DNA of 64,000 nt from Octopus vulgaris (GCA_951406725.2 OX597838.1:2170001-2234000); one strand, 5' to 3'. Positions 14,539 to 29,563 are shown, numbered from the stretch's first letter. Program-made: numbers and translations. Notes: generated from the letters alone by a model not told the origin.

Positions 14539-15585
14539 GCATTCCTGCGTACAAAATTAAACTGCTCCATACAAAGTGTGTTGTTGGCTTTATTCGTGCT
14601 TCTATATTGATGAATGGTGTGAAGGAAGTGAGGAAGCGAACCCACAGTCTGGCTTTCTCATCCGTATATTCCTCCTTTCCCGTTTCTAATCTGTATGGAA
14701 CTAAACAGCCGTCTCTCGCCACTTCCACTCCGTGGACCACGTATCGCAACATCTTAGCGACTTTGTCCTGTCCTTACACAACGGAGTTGTCGGGACATGC
14801 CAGCAGGCGGCTCTCAACCGGTGTCGACACTATAGTCATAGGCGGTGATATGGTCTACAGCGGGCTTTGTTCGGTATGTGGTATTGATAAGCCAAAACAA
14901 CTACGAAACATCGATGCCTGTCGTCCCGAGATGAGAGTTATCTCGCTTGACTGTGACTTACTTTTTAAACCAGACGCATAGAGAATTCATTCTCTCACGC
15001 CTAAAATCCGCAGACGATCCACGAACTAACAACACACACACCTGTATGCTTGTTCGATTTTGTTTATACATATACATGCGTGTGTTTGTGTTTGTGTGTG
15101 TGTGTGTGTGTGTGTATGTACGAAGGGAAATACGGACTGGCAGCTGGCAGAATCAAAGGCAGAGAGAGAGAGAGAAGCAGGTTTAAATCTATCGATAAAG
15201 ATTCTTTTTTTCCTAAATATACTTGTATAAAAACAGTGTAGTGTCATCTATTGCCATGACACACACAAAGTACAAGCCTCTCTGAACCCTTCCATTCAAA
15301 TACGAACAACAGCCATTATCGTAAAATGTCCGTGGAAATAATAAAAAAAAAGATCTCTCTTCATAGTTATCGTCTGCTTTTATTCATTTACATTTTTTTT
15401 CCTTTTTTCTTACGTATTTCTAATTTCGTAGTCGTTTCAAAGATCAAGAGCAAAATGGCCACGTATTTTTAGACGATTGACCTAAATTTCATGGAAATAA
15501 CCTTTGCGCTTGTGTGTGTGAGTGAGTGTTTGTGATAGAGAGTCTGTGTGCGTCTTGTCTGTGACTCTCAACGTCTCTCCCTCTC

Positions 15586-15622
<37 letters not shown>

Positions 15623-16418
15623 CGTTCTACTCGTCTTCTTTCCCAGAATTCCAATTTTAATTTCGGTTTTCCTTTGTTTCCTTATTTTCCTTGTTTTTGT
15701 TTTAATGCTAAAATAGATATTCTTTGTTTTTTTACATCAAGTTTCCTTTATTCCAAAATGGAAAATATCTATAAAAAACACAAAACAAAACCAACATAAA
15801 ATAATAAATAAATTCGAGGTCTTCTTTCGATCTTTTGACAATCGCCATCTTTTGCTATTATTATTATTTTGTTTTCCTTTTATCCTTCCCACTGTTCCAT
15901 TCTGCTAAAACGTTGGAAGGTAAATAATGCCAAAAGGGACAAAGAACGATCACAGTGGTGTTGTTATCAATTAATGACACTGAAAATAGGTCAGTCGTGG
16001 TTCTATCTTCTGGTGAGAGTCACCAACCTATCGCCAGATCGATGGTTCAAGTGTCCCTGATGTTACAGTCCCAAGTCATGGAATTTCTCTCTTTTCATGG
16101 AATCTTGCAGGTTTCCCTTCCGGGGGGAATTTACAGAATCTCCATTGACCATCTTCTTTACTCTAACCACAAAACGCTAATCTCCTTCTCGCCTCTTTTC
16201 TCTCTTTCTCATATCAACATTCTGTCACTTCTACTCTCTCTCTCTCTTTCTCTCGCTTTTACTCTCTCTTATGCTCTTCTCTTTCTCTCTCTCTTTCTCC
16301 TTCCTACCATTTGAAAAAAATATTTATGTTCCCAAGTCAATCTTGACCATCGGAATCAAGGCATGTGTAAATAATCATCTACTACTACTACTACTACTAC
16401 TACTACAACCACCATCAG

Positions 16419-16489
<71 letters not shown>

Positions 16490-16650
16490 TCAGCACTACT
16501 ACTACTACTACTACTACTTGACTTACTTTGTCCCCTTTTCTTTGCTCTCTCTCTAACTTCTCTCTGTCTCTCCTTCCCTCTCTCCCTCTCTCTCTCTCTC
16601 ACTCTGTTTCCCTGCTCCTTTCCTCAGTACATCTTTCACTTCACACACAT

Positions 16651-16701
<51 letters not shown>

Positions 16702-16857
16702 ACACCTGTGGTTTCTAAGCCTATTTCGCTATTTCGCTTTTTGAACACACACATTACTCTAGAGATAACACACACAAACACACACAAACACACAAACACA
16801 CAGAGTGAGAGAGAAAAACATACACACATCTGAGTTGATATGGTGTGTGTGTACATG

Positions 16858-16889
<32 letters not shown>

Positions 16890-17269
16890 CTTGTGTGTAT
16901 GTGTTTGGTGTGTGTGTGTGTGTGTGTGTGTTTGTCTGTGGTGAGCTGTGCATGTGTATATACGTATATATATGTATTTAAGTAAACTTGCTTAATAATT
17001 TTCGGTGAGAATGGAAAATTGCTGTGGAATAAGAAATAAAAAGAAAACATTTCTTAATTACCTAATTAATTTCAATAATTTTCTTAATTAAATTGTAGTT
17101 CTTTCCTTCTGAATCATTTCTGAGAAAATGCAGAGAAAAATGAAAGATTGCAAATATATTTTAATCCTGGCAACGGATTATTATTTCTAAACTGTTAGAT
17201 TCTAATATTTTTGTCAATCAAATTAAATATCCAAGAATTAATTGATAAAGATTAATCGGTAAATCTGGG

Positions 17270-18330
17270 TATCTAGCTAGCTATCTTACCGGGTACGAAG
17301 CTTGCTACCAAACTAATAACCTCTGGTACAACCTAGAAGCCTGCCTAATGTTTTCGTTGCCAACACATCGACGGAACAACACTAATTCGATGAGATATCT
17401 AAAAACTGAATCCTGAATTTTGCTCAGATCTCAGGCTTCTGTCTTTAAATGTAATTATATATCGGATTAAGCTGAGCCACTGTTTGCAAATAAAGTATTG
17501 TATTGAATCAGTGTAATTATAGACCTGTTTTACGAGGCTTGATCCGGAACTAAACAGCAACAACGCAAATAGCATCAACCTGCGTTGCAATTGCTTCACC
17601 GCAAATACTCAAACCGTTCCTGGGTTGAGTCAAAAGTTTTGCCATATTTTGGTAACTTCTTTGCTTCACTCGTCAAGTTACAACAAAAGCTGAATTAGGG
17701 GCCATCGTGTTGCACTGGCTGAAGCCACCTTTTTTGCCAGTTCTTTGATTCCACGCTGATACCAGTTCTTGTTCTTCACTGAAGATTTCATCTCCTCTCG
17801 GTTGATGAAGCGAAATAAACTCATGAGTTGAGACATGGATCGGAACAAGTAACATTTATCCTGAACAAACTCCAACCCTGCATCCTTTGAGAACGTTGAA
17901 CCTAGGTCAAGGCTCTTTTTCATCTCATGCATATTCTTTGCATAAAGTTTTAAGACATCCACAAAGAAACAGTGTGCAATTTTGGCTTTTCTGTTTCCTT
18001 GTGAACCAGTGGGATATTCTTCAGACTTCCTTAAGAAGAATGTCAAAGGGTTTACAGAAAGTATAAACAACATCACAGGGAGGCTGTCCCTTAGGAATTT
18101 GCCTTAACGATTCTGTACTCTATCAGTGATAGTACAGTCACTCTTTCTGTATAATTTCAGGATGGGGGGCCCACGATGAAGTCAGGTCAGCTATTGCTTT
18201 GACTATGCTCATTGGAACTTTAGCAAGTTCAAAGGATTCGAGAATCCGTGAGTGGGGAACAGAGTCAAAGGCTTTCTTGTAGTCTAGTCACATTGAAACT
18301 AGGTCCCTCCTATGCTCTTGTGCCTCTGAC
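17270..18330 (-). mobile_element. Decayed, internally deleted R4/Dong-like LINE (RT to CCHC region)
   Basis: LDYKKAFDSVPHS (near 18250-18290), LFILSVNPLTFFL, HCFFVDVLKLYAKN..FSKDAGLEFVQDKC; downstream HLKTEA..IQDSV. Confidence 0.85.
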
Positions 18331-18724
18331 ATCACGGTTCTGTTGATTAACAATTGCTCGGTATGTATATATGTATTACTATGTATGTATGTAGGCATGC
18401 ATATATATATGTGTGTACATATATATGTATGTATGTACATATGTATGTATCTCTTTATGTACGCATATATGTGCGTATGTAAGTATGTATGTAGGTATAC
18501 ATACATACATACATCTGCATTCCATTTGTCCTTTACTAAAGCCGCATCATTTCTTGAAATTAAATTTAAGCAGATGCTCTTCATCCCGGCAATTCTAGCG
18601 GCGATGATGACGACAATGGTCAGTCAGACTGATGATGACGATGAAGATAATAGGGAAGTGCACGACGACTGCCAACGCCGCCACCACAACGCTGGCGCTG
18701 TTGGCCATTTGTAAGGATAATGGT

Positions 18725-19290
18725 CGTGACTACGACGACGACGACGACGATGGTGATTTTGAATGATGATGACAATGAGACCGACGACAGCGACGGCGAT
18801 GATGATGATTATGATGAAGAGGAAGAGGAGGGGGAGAGCAGCGATAAAGATGAAGGGGATAATGATGATGATGAGGAGGAGGAGGAGGGGGAGGAGGACA
18901 ACAACGACGACGGCAATGATGATGACGGTGATGATGATGATTATGATGATGTGGATGATGACAACGACGATGATGATGTTGATGATGTTGAGGAGAAGGA
19001 GGAGGAGGATGAAGGCGATGATGATGAAGATGAGGTGGAGGAAGAAAAGGAGGGGAGGAGGACGACGACGACGACTACGACGACGGCAATGATGATGACG
19101 GTGATGGTGATGATTATGATGATGTCGAGGAAGACGATGACGATGATGCTGATGATGATGTTGAGGAGTAGGAGGAGGAGGTGGATGAAGGCGATGACGA
19201 TGACGGTGATGATGCTGATGACGATAATAATGATGATGTTACTACTACTGCTACTGCTGCTGCTAATGATGATGATAGGGAGGATGATGT
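18725..19290. repeat. GAT/GAC/GAG low-complexity tract with an internal ~170-bp-spaced duplication
   Basis: GACGACGGCAATGATGATGACGGTGAT...GATGAAGGCGATGA occurs at about 18907 and about 19078. Confidence 0.8.
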
Positions 19291-20173
19291 TGGTGACAGT
19301 TTTCTCAGGTGTTGAATGTGGCGGCGGAGGTTGCTGTGAGGCGTTTTAGTGTTTGTGCGGTGAGTTTAGCGCGAACGGGGCGAGGTGTGATGCAATAAAT
19401 AGGGAAAACGGATGAGCAGTGAGAAGATGAGGCGAGTGTGCCGGCGGCGGCGGGTGGTGCTGTGCGGTGCTGTGCGGTGCGGTGTTGCAGTATTGGGTCT
19501 TGTGATGCATTGTGCAGTGTGATGTAAGACATTGTATCGTACGATAAGGTTTGGCGTGGCTCGGCGCGGTGCAGGCCGAACGACTTTCGTACATATATTT
19601 ATATTTATGTATATATACACACGCATTAGATAATTCCTAACTACCTTAGCAACGAGGAACCATGCTGTGCTCCTATTAAAGCTTACGAGCTGCGCAAGTG
19701 TGGAAAAGTGCAAAGAGAGCTGCATAATAAACATCTCAAACCGCCTGCCCACCCACGACCACCCCTTCCGTCACTACCGAGCCACCAACCCCGACACCAC
19801 CACCACCACCACCACCACCACCACCACTCCCGACACCAGATGCACTCCATGCAATTATACACAGCTTTACAATTGTCCTTATGTAACGTTTCAAATTAAA
19901 TTCACAGTTTAGATGAAGGAAGAGGAGGAAGCAGGAGGCGGAGTAGTGGAAGGAGGAGGAAAGGAGGAGAAGTAGAAGAAGAAGAAGATATTAGGCAGTT
20001 ATAAGCACACACACGCGCACATACATACGCTGACGGTGGCAGAGGCTTATGGCCATGCACACATGCACACGGACACTTGCAAACCTGTATGTGCAAACAT
20101 GGAGCTTCCTATTACGCAACCAATAAAACATGCACATACCGTACACACACCTATACGCATATATGTGCACTGG

Positions 20174-20209
<36 letters not shown>

Positions 20210-20318
20210 AGTACAATTACATAGATATGCACAATTACATATGTGTGTCTGTGTGTTTGTCTATGTGTGTGTGTGTCTATGTGTGTGTGTGTTTGTATGA
20301 ATATGCATTCATACAAAT

Positions 20319-20350
<32 letters not shown>

Positions 20351-20490
20351 GTACATAAGCACAATTACATTTAGATGAACATATGTCTGTACAATTGTGT
20401 GTACTTGTGAAAGCGAGTGGGTAGCAATCTTTGTGTTTGTATGTGTTTGTGTGTACGTGTGTGTGTATTTATCTGCACATGTCTGTGTGT

Positions 20491-20538
<48 letters not shown>

Positions 20539-20722
20539 GTGTGTGTGTGAGTGAAGCTCTCTGCATGCGTGTGTCTTTGTGTGAAAGTTTTAAAAATTTA
20601 ATAACAACTTACGTTCGGTCCAAAGTGTTGGGCAGAGTGGAGCGGCGACTGTGGGAAAACGCGGAGAGTTGTTATTAGATTTCAGCTTAATTGTAAGTAA
20701 AGGGAGTGGATGGGTGGGTGTA

Positions 20723-20754
<32 letters not shown>

Positions 20755-21009
20755 AGGGTGTTAATGTACAACATTGTCTCTATTGGATCGATAGGAGAGA
20801 TGACGGGTTCAATCAGGCCTTGCTATTGTGTTTTTCCTTTTCTCGTCATCTTACATCATTTAATCATCATTTAACGATCATTAGGGTTTATCAGAGAAGA
20901 ATAAAACTATTTCCAACCAATTATGGCAGCCGAAGAGACGAGGAGACAATACGATGGGGAGGTATCAGCCACACTGCATACCACACTATGCTACTCTACA
21001 CCTTACCCG

Positions 21010-21360
21010 TAACCTACCACATCATACCACATCGAACAACTTCCCATACTGCACCATATTACACCATACAGTACCCTACCACATCATACCACATCGTACA
21101 ACCTCCCAAACTGCACCATATTACACCATACAGTACTCTAGCGCATCATACCACACCGTACAACCTCCCAAACTGCACCATGTTACACCATACCGTACCC
21201 TACCACATCATACCACATCGTACAACCTCCCAAACTGCACCATGTTACACCATACCGTACCCTACCACGTCATACCACATCGTACAACCTCCCATACTGC
21301 ATCAGATTACATCATACCGTACCCTACCGCATCATACCACATCGTACTACCACCCACACT
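21010..21360. repeat. 62-bp minisatellite, about 5.5 copies, built from pentamer-like subunits
   Basis: ATCATACCAC (or a 1-mismatch variant) recurs at 21021, 21083, 21145, 21207, 21269 and 21331. Confidence 0.9.
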
Positions 21361-22149
21361 GCGCCAGAACGTACTATACCACCGTACAATACACTATACT
21401 CTGCACCAGATTACAGTATAACGCATTACGCTATAAAACCGGGTCGCATTAGGTGCCTCCACGCCACACTGTACTACATGGCACCACATGAAGTCGCTAT
21501 AAATCCTACGACTCAACACTACAATGCACCTTATCCCCCACCCTGCTCCACACTAGGCCATACTGTATTACATCACAACTAAATTAACGCCACTAAATCA
21601 CCACCGCTACCACTATCTTTACCACACCATCACGACTATCACTATGGCACTATCACCACAACAATCTCTACCACACCACCACCACCACCACTACTACTAC
21701 CGCTACCACTACGACACCATAATCACTAACATTACCACAACACCATCACTACCACTACCACTTCACTACCAACTGTCACACTACTACCACCACCACCACC
21801 ATTACTACAACAATCTCTACCACACCACCACCATAACCACCACTACCACACCGACACCAGCACCACTACCGTATCAGCACTACCGCCACTAGTAGTACTA
21901 CGTCATCACCACTATCTCACAACCACCGTTGCCTCGACAGCTTTGAATTGTGGATTCCTTTTTTTTTTTGTCAATAAGCAGCACAAGTGAGGTGGTAATC
22001 GGGTGGAGAAATGGAGGAGAGTGATGGCTTCCCCAATTACTAAACCACTGTCGGGCTTCAAGGGTAGAAACCACGAAAGTAATTGATCGTCGCTGACGAT
22101 GACATCCACCACATCACATTTCGAAAAATCCATTTCGCAAGAGAGAGTA

Positions 22150-22690
22150 TAGTTGCAATACTCTTTTACAGTGGAATTGGTTGGGAGTTTGTTTCTGTAT
22201 CCTTACCTGGTCTTAAAGATTTAATATCAAAGGTGGTCCACAGCGGTTGGTATCTCCCGCAGTCTGACAGAAAGCGCCTTAAAATCTTACCCCTACAGCA
22301 TGTATTTTTGTTTTAGTTTCATAGTAAATTCCTTCAGCTTTTCTATTCCTGCACCCATCCACAAGGTAGTGGGGTAGATAGGAGAGACAAATTCTACCAC
22401 AGATAACAACCCCTGTGTACTCTGTCCTAAACAAAAATGCTGATAAAATGTGGTGGTCTATGCGTATTAAAGTGCTCATACGTCTTGCCCATTGGCCATC
22501 TCCAGTAATTATATATTCCCGCGACACACATTATTACAAGACAGTCGCTGACCGTGCGTTAGGGGTCTTCCGTCTCTTCGACAGAATTTGGGTCCCTCTG
22601 GGACAAGAAACCGGAGTCACTAGAAAGAAATTCAGTCTCTATAAACCTTTAAATGACTGTATTGAGTACGCTCTTTCGCAGTCTACAAAA
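22150..22690 (-). mobile_element. Possible highly decayed mariner/Tc1 transposase remnant
   Basis: YIITGDGQW resembles RIITGDEKW and EGIYYE resembles EGIIYYE. No TIRs were identified. Confidence 0.3.
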
Positions 22691-22707
22691 TGTAACGGTT
22701 GAAAATT

Positions 22708-22750
<43 letters not shown>

Positions 22751-23337
22751 CTCTCTCTCTCTCTCTCACACACAAGCACATGTTTGCCTGTACATTTATA
22801 TGTATGTATGTATATATGTATGTATACATGTTTATATACATACATAAATATATGCATATATGTATATATACACAGATATGCGTATATATACAAGTACATA
22901 CATACATGTATACGAGGGCCTGCACATACACACACACACACACAAGCAGACACACACGCACACACAAAGATACTATGATGTCTTATCCTATCGGTAGTTA
23001 TGCGTCTAATTCTCTCTCTCTCTCTCTCTCTTACCCTTTACAAGTGTCCCCATATTCTTCTTCGACGCATACTCTCCCTCTTACCGCGTCTCTCCATTAA
23101 TTCACACGCACCTCATTGCTCCACACCCTTCGCCCTCCACATCCCCCACTTCATTATCAAGGTAATAAAACGGATTTTAATACAATTCTCTCCGACATTG
23201 ATTTCGTTTGTTACCGAGACGTTAATAGAGGCCTAATGGCAGCATCTGAGTTATATAACCATACACACACACTCACACACACAGAGTCACGTGTATAGAT
23301 ACACACTCATGCTCACACGTACACACTTGTGTGTTTA

Positions 23338-23392
<55 letters not shown>

Positions 23393-24955
23393 TCTGCAGT
23401 CTAGAGTGTTCCGTTTGCCATCGTAATATCTCAGTTCAATTCCTGGAACGTTTGGCGATTTTTATCATTGAGAAAAGTACTCGATTTCACGTTACCCCCT
23501 GGTGTCCCAGTTGTAAAATATATACCAACCGGGTACTGATGAAGTCCTTTATCTCTCCCTCTCTTCCCTCTCTCTCCCTCTCTCTCTTCCCTCTCTCTCT
23601 CTCTCTTACTCTGCCCCCGCTCTCTCTATCCCATAGTCACAATCTGGATGGCTCCGCTAGATGGGGACTGCGGAGGTCAAGGAGGTGTCTATGTTTTCCT
23701 TGATGATGACCACAGAGGAGAAAGTGGGTAATGTGGACAAACTCATTAACCAATATAATTCTGTTAACCAAAATATTTCGTCGGTATCAACGACGAAACA
23801 TTGCAGCATTCAAGGTGCTTTCATGGAATGATTGTGTAAATGGCTGATTATACCTCAGACACGTTTGTACCGTTAAATGTATAATCAGGAGGACAATATA
23901 AGACGGTTTCTTAGCATTATAAGAATCCACCCAAACTGTTGCCATGCCGGATTAAAATGTTACTCAACATTTTAGTTGAGTTGAGAATATGTTAGATGTG
24001 GATTCGAAACCGTGACTTCGTGATTACGGAATGAATATCAGAATCTCTCGAAAATTCTTGCGTCCTACGCATTCTTCAGCACCCAGACATTTACAAAAGT
24101 ACATACACATATACACACATGTAATATTACACATAAACACACATATCCACACAAACGCACACACACACACACACACACAAGAACACACACACAAGAACAC
24201 ACACATATGTATATATAGAATATTACACATAAAGACATACGTATCCACACAAACACGCACAGACACACGCGCACACACACACACAAATATATATAAATAT
24301 ATATATAACATTATACATAAAGACACACATTTGCACACGCGCACACACACACACACATGTTCAGATTACGCAGTAAAAGCCTTTCTCTACTGCAAACATT
24401 ATCAACATCCGGGCCAATATCGCTTCGTCCAGCTCTGAAGGATAAATTCACGTTCCAAGACCATGTCTCAAAAGGATTTTTACCAGGCGAAAAACCGCAG
24501 CTTTTGCTACTTAAACAGCACATACGATAAGTGTGTTCTGTAGATAAAAAGGTTGCGAATTTAATCTTCAGTTTTCTTCCTATAAACGTACACACACACA
24601 CACACACACACACACGTTCATTTATGCGTGCGTTTGTGCATATATAAATACATATACATATATATATACATACATCCACATATATATATATATGTGTGTG
24701 TGGATGTATGTATGTTTCTATGTAGTTGTAATATAATGAAGAGAAACCAAACTAATATTTCAACTTCATCATGGCTACTCATACATCTCAATTCCAGTTC
24801 AAATAAACCGTTCTTGACTCCACTTATGCGGATATTCTAACAATAATTTGAAATAGTTTGTTATATTTGACTTGCGTTAAAAATCCTGGTGCCGTTCACC
24901 GCTTCTTACCATAACACACAATGAATAAATAAATAAATATACATACATACATATA

Positions 24956-25011
<56 letters not shown>

Positions 25012-25036
25012 AATACATATATATATATATATATAC

Positions 25037-25074
<38 letters not shown>

Positions 25075-25076
25075 AA

Positions 25077-25140
<64 letters not shown>

Positions 25141-25872
25141 TGCATATATATATGTGTGTGTCTGTATGTATAGATATATGTATGCATACATACATGTGTG
25201 TATATATTTATAATAATGTAGGTGTGAGTATGATAGGGAAATTGTGAGTGTGTGTGCATATGTGTGTATACGTTTATTGGAGGAAAACGGAATATAAAAT
25301 ACAGCGCACAAGAAGCAGAATCTCAAAGAAGTGGAATCAGTCGAGTGAAGAGTGAATCGCTTGAAACTGCGAGATTCCACGCATGGCTCCGAGACTAATT
25401 CCCGTAAATGCCAAACGTTCCACTTTGGCTGACTGAAGAACAGCAAGTCACACTGGAGAAATTTAAGTTCCATGCCGCATTGCTTTCATATACGTGTGTG
25501 TGTACGGGGTAGGTATGTGTGTGTGTCTATACATATATATATACACACATATATGTACACAGACATACGTAAATGCATAGTTACACATACTCACACACAC
25601 AGACATGTGCATGTAACTATAGTAGTTTAACAATATTAACAAGCATAAAACTGGTGTCATATAAGATTATGACGTTTATATAAATTTTAAAAAACGAAAC
25701 GGTGAGTTGTAGAAGAATATAAAGTAAGAAGATAAGCAGACAGTGTCTTAACAGCTGTTTCAAGAATGGATACGAAGACGGTGCATTTCCCTGCATAATA
25801 ATAATAACAATAATAATAATAATAATGATAATAATAATAATAATGATAATAATAATAATAATAATAATAAGG

Positions 25873-25956
<84 letters not shown>

Positions 25957-26213
25957 GTACGGAAATTTATGTCAACACAACATTATCAAGGTAATCCAAA
26001 TTGGTGAAATTCTAACTGAACATCTGAAAAAAATTTTAGTTTAAAAAACGGTAACAAAAAGAAAGGCAAAGCCATATTTTACTTTAGCCATTCATTCGTT
26101 CAACCAAGAGCGGCGTCATTGAATAACTAATTTTCTTTATAAAAATAAAATATAAAAAACCATACTAATTCCATATTTTTTGACAATTTAAAATCCACAT
26201 TAAGAAAGCGTAA

Positions 26214-28120
26214 CGTCGAAAACGAGTGAATTTATCTACTAAGATTGATGACGTCACTGGATATCTAAAGACCAAAAACTGCAGACAAGAATTCTATGTT
26301 ATGCTTAAGTGATAACTAAAGAATATAAACTACAGATAATAATTCTACATAAAGCGTAATAGAAACTTATATAACTTACGTCGCAATAATTAATTACCTA
26401 TTTATTTATTTAATATAATAAACCCTTCTATTGGAATTAAGCTTATCTTATAATAACTGAAGAATTATTATATTCAACATCATAGAACCAACGAGGATCT
26501 CAATGGATAATTAAAATATAGAAATTACAGAAAAGACCCAAAATATCTGTTTATTCATTGTAATATACTTTTATATAGGAATTAACCTCATTACATAATA
26601 ATTGAAAATTATTATAATTAATAATAATATATACAGTTAGTGATGACTACGCTAGATAACTAAAGATTAAAAATAACGGATAATTAGATACCTATTTATT
26701 TTTATACTACCCCTTTTATAACAATTAAGATTATGATACAATAATTGAATAATTACTATGATTAATAATATATACAATTCTTGATGATCTCGGCGGATAA
26801 TTATAAGTATAAAATTATAGATAAGAATTCTACGTTATGTTTAATCGAAGCTTAGATATTTTACATCGCTATAATTAATTACCTACTCATTACATTAAGT
26901 ACTTTAATACAAATTAACCTTACTATATAATAATTAATTAAAATACCATTATAATTAATAATGGAAGTATTTGAATGTTGTTTTAAATTTATGGCAACAT
27001 CTTCAAGTTAAGTGCCCATTAAAATTCAATAAAATTAATTTAGAAGTAATTATAAAATATAATTCTTGTAGACAAAGAGCACAAGTAGATTTACCAATAT
27101 TATTCGATGGTGCATAACTAAAAATGGACCGCTTTAAATCGTATCTAATATTTTTATCCTTTAAATTTCAAATGCATTTACTAAGGTTAGTAGAATTACA
27201 TTTTCTTCCATGTTTAAAGGAACTTGAATGATGATAAAATGTAGAGTCCCAACAAGTAACAGAAGAACCAATATACAAATACGTACCATATTCTTGTTTA
27301 AACACAATTCCTTTGGGCCATCAAGTTTTGCTTACACAGTTACACATGGATTTGTTCACTTGTAAATTGCCCTCATAGTTATAAGAATTTCTACTAGCAC
27401 CTGTCTGTAAAATAGGTGTTTGGTTGAATCATAATTATAATTATTATTAGTAGTAGTATTGCAATTAATATTAATACAAGGTAAAAGACTAACTATATTA
27501 TCCGTATTTTGATCAATTGTAGAATCTAAACCTTGTTCCGATTGATTAGCAATAACTCTAATTTCACTATACATATTATCAGTTCCACAATTATTTATAT
27601 ATTTATAATCTAGATATTTTCTAATTTTCTGTTTATTTTGTGCTGCAATAATCTCATCTAAATGTCTAGTGGTTGAATACGAAAACTTAACTTTATGTAT
27701 GTTAAATAATTTCGCATACTTACTTCAAGGTGGGAAATACCTAAATAATGCTGCAAAGAATTTATGAGGGATGTTAAGAGTAATTGAATACGAAAATTAA
27801 GCATTATACCCGAGAGCATTTGTTGGTCTATTCTTCTAATTATTTCTATAAACTTTATTATATTAAATAAATGAAAAAAGTAACTGATGATTGCGACGTA
27901 AAATAACCGTTTCGGTTAATATATAGATCCACGCCCGGATGGCAAACATGGAAAAAAATATCTGTAAGTTTCTATTAAGCATTAGGTAGAATTTTTATCT
28001 GTAGTTTTTGTTCTTTAGTTATCTTTTAAGCATAACGTAGAATTCTTCTCTGCAGGTTTTGTTCTTTAGATATCCAGTGACGTCATCAAATTTAGTAGAT
28101 AAATATACTCGTTTTCTACG
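26214..28120 (-). mobile_element. 5'-truncated Penelope-like retroelement with an inverted copy of its 3' end
   Basis: Coding remnant at about 26955-27835; arms 26214-26440 and 27840-28120 are reverse complements; ~145-bp imperfect tandem repeats at 26380-26950. Confidence 0.85.
26955..27835 (-). pseudogene. PLE RT thumb, linker and GIY-YIG endonuclease remnant
   Basis: KNRPTNALGYNA*FSYSITLNIPHKFFAALFRYFPP*SKYAKLFNIHKVKFSYS..IIAAQNKQKI; CNC..(frameshift)LCLNKNMV; YIGSS..FYHHSSSFKH..NSTNLSKCI*NLKDKNI..CALCLQE..RCCHK. These follow the typical PLE motifs in order. Confidence 0.85.
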
Positions 28121-28946
28121 ATAGAAATGGCCAGCGACACTGATTGCAACAGTCACCACACCACGCAGGGCCCCTTCCTAGGAGGGGCCGCAGTTACCCA
28201 GATGAACCAAATAAACTACCAAACATAGTATTTTATTGCGGTCACCTCAGAAGAATGACTGAAAAATTGTAACTATGCCATCACAGGTGGTTCAAACTTT
28301 TATATAAACCTTTCTTCTTGTACACCGTCCATTGATCCGTTAGCTTCACTATTTCGCACAAATACAAATATGAAGACAAAGGCTCAACAAAACGTGCAAA
28401 AAAGAACAAAACAAAATCTGAGATATCGTTTCTTAAGGAAATTCCAGATTTCATATATCTGTATATAAATTGAAACAAATCAAAAGACCTCCATCAACTG
28501 GCATTTCTCTACCATTATATATACATACATATATATATATAGAGAGAGAGAGGGAGAGAGGGAGAGAGAGAGAGAGAGTTAGATAGATAGATATGTTTGT
28601 ATGCATGTATTTATATATGTATATATAAATATAACACATATATACATATATGTATATATATATATATATTATGTATACATATGTATGCATTTATATATAA
28701 ATATATATATGTACACATACATACATACATCTATATGTATGTTTGTGTGCGTGAGTGTGTGTGTGTGTGTGTGTTTGTGTATGTCTGTTTGCGTGTGTGA
28801 ACGAGTGTGTGTTTGTATGTGCGAGCATGAGAGAGAGGGAGGGAGGGAATCATGTGTGTGAGCGTCTGTGATTGGGTATTTATGTCTCAGCGTTGACGAG
28901 GAACGCATATGTCTGTGAAAAGACCGAGAACGAGTTTGTCTTCTTC

Positions 28947-28981
<35 letters not shown>

Positions 28982-29229
28982 GCGGACGCGTCTGGCTTGC
29001 AAAATATATGTGCTGTATAGATTGGTAAGCAGGAAGGGAAGTATCAATGCCAAATTATCAATATTCAGTATGATAAATGTATATTGAATGATAAATGATA
29101 AATTAAATGATATTGGTAAATATCAAATGACAATTGAACAGATATTAGATGAATATCGAATGAGATATGCACTATCTAATGATAGGAGCTGTTGGAGCGA
29201 TAAGATGTGAAAAATTCATAATCGTTGAT

Positions 29230-29279
<50 letters not shown>

Positions 29280-29280
29280 A

Positions 29281-29314
<34 letters not shown>

Positions 29315-29434
29315 CATGTATATATATGTACATGCATATGCATATGTATATATATATATAAATGTATATATATATATATATTTATATTTATATACATATA
29401 TACATATATATATATACATTCATATATATATATG

Positions 29435-29465
<31 letters not shown>

Positions 29466-29523
29466 GTATATATATATATGTATGTATATATATACCTGTA
29501 TATACGTATGTATAAATATATAT

Positions 29524-29563
<40 letters not shown>

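Noticed and set aside
14620-14980. Unique GC-balanced stretch as exon or HHR
   Set aside because: No recognisable protein; GAAAC lacks an upstream CUGANGA.
21010-21360. CRISPR-like periodicity
   Set aside because: Entire units repeat with no unique spacers; eukaryotic context.
24885-24910. Resemblance to miR-124 complement
   Set aside because: Only partial match and no precursor hairpin.
25290-25475. Possible coding exon
   Set aside because: No recognisable homology or convincing splice pair.
26955-27835. In-frame TGA codons as selenocysteine (Naiad-type PLE)
   Set aside because: The TGAs fall at Trp/Ser-like positions or arise from a frameshift rather than at Cys positions, and a TAA stop is also present.
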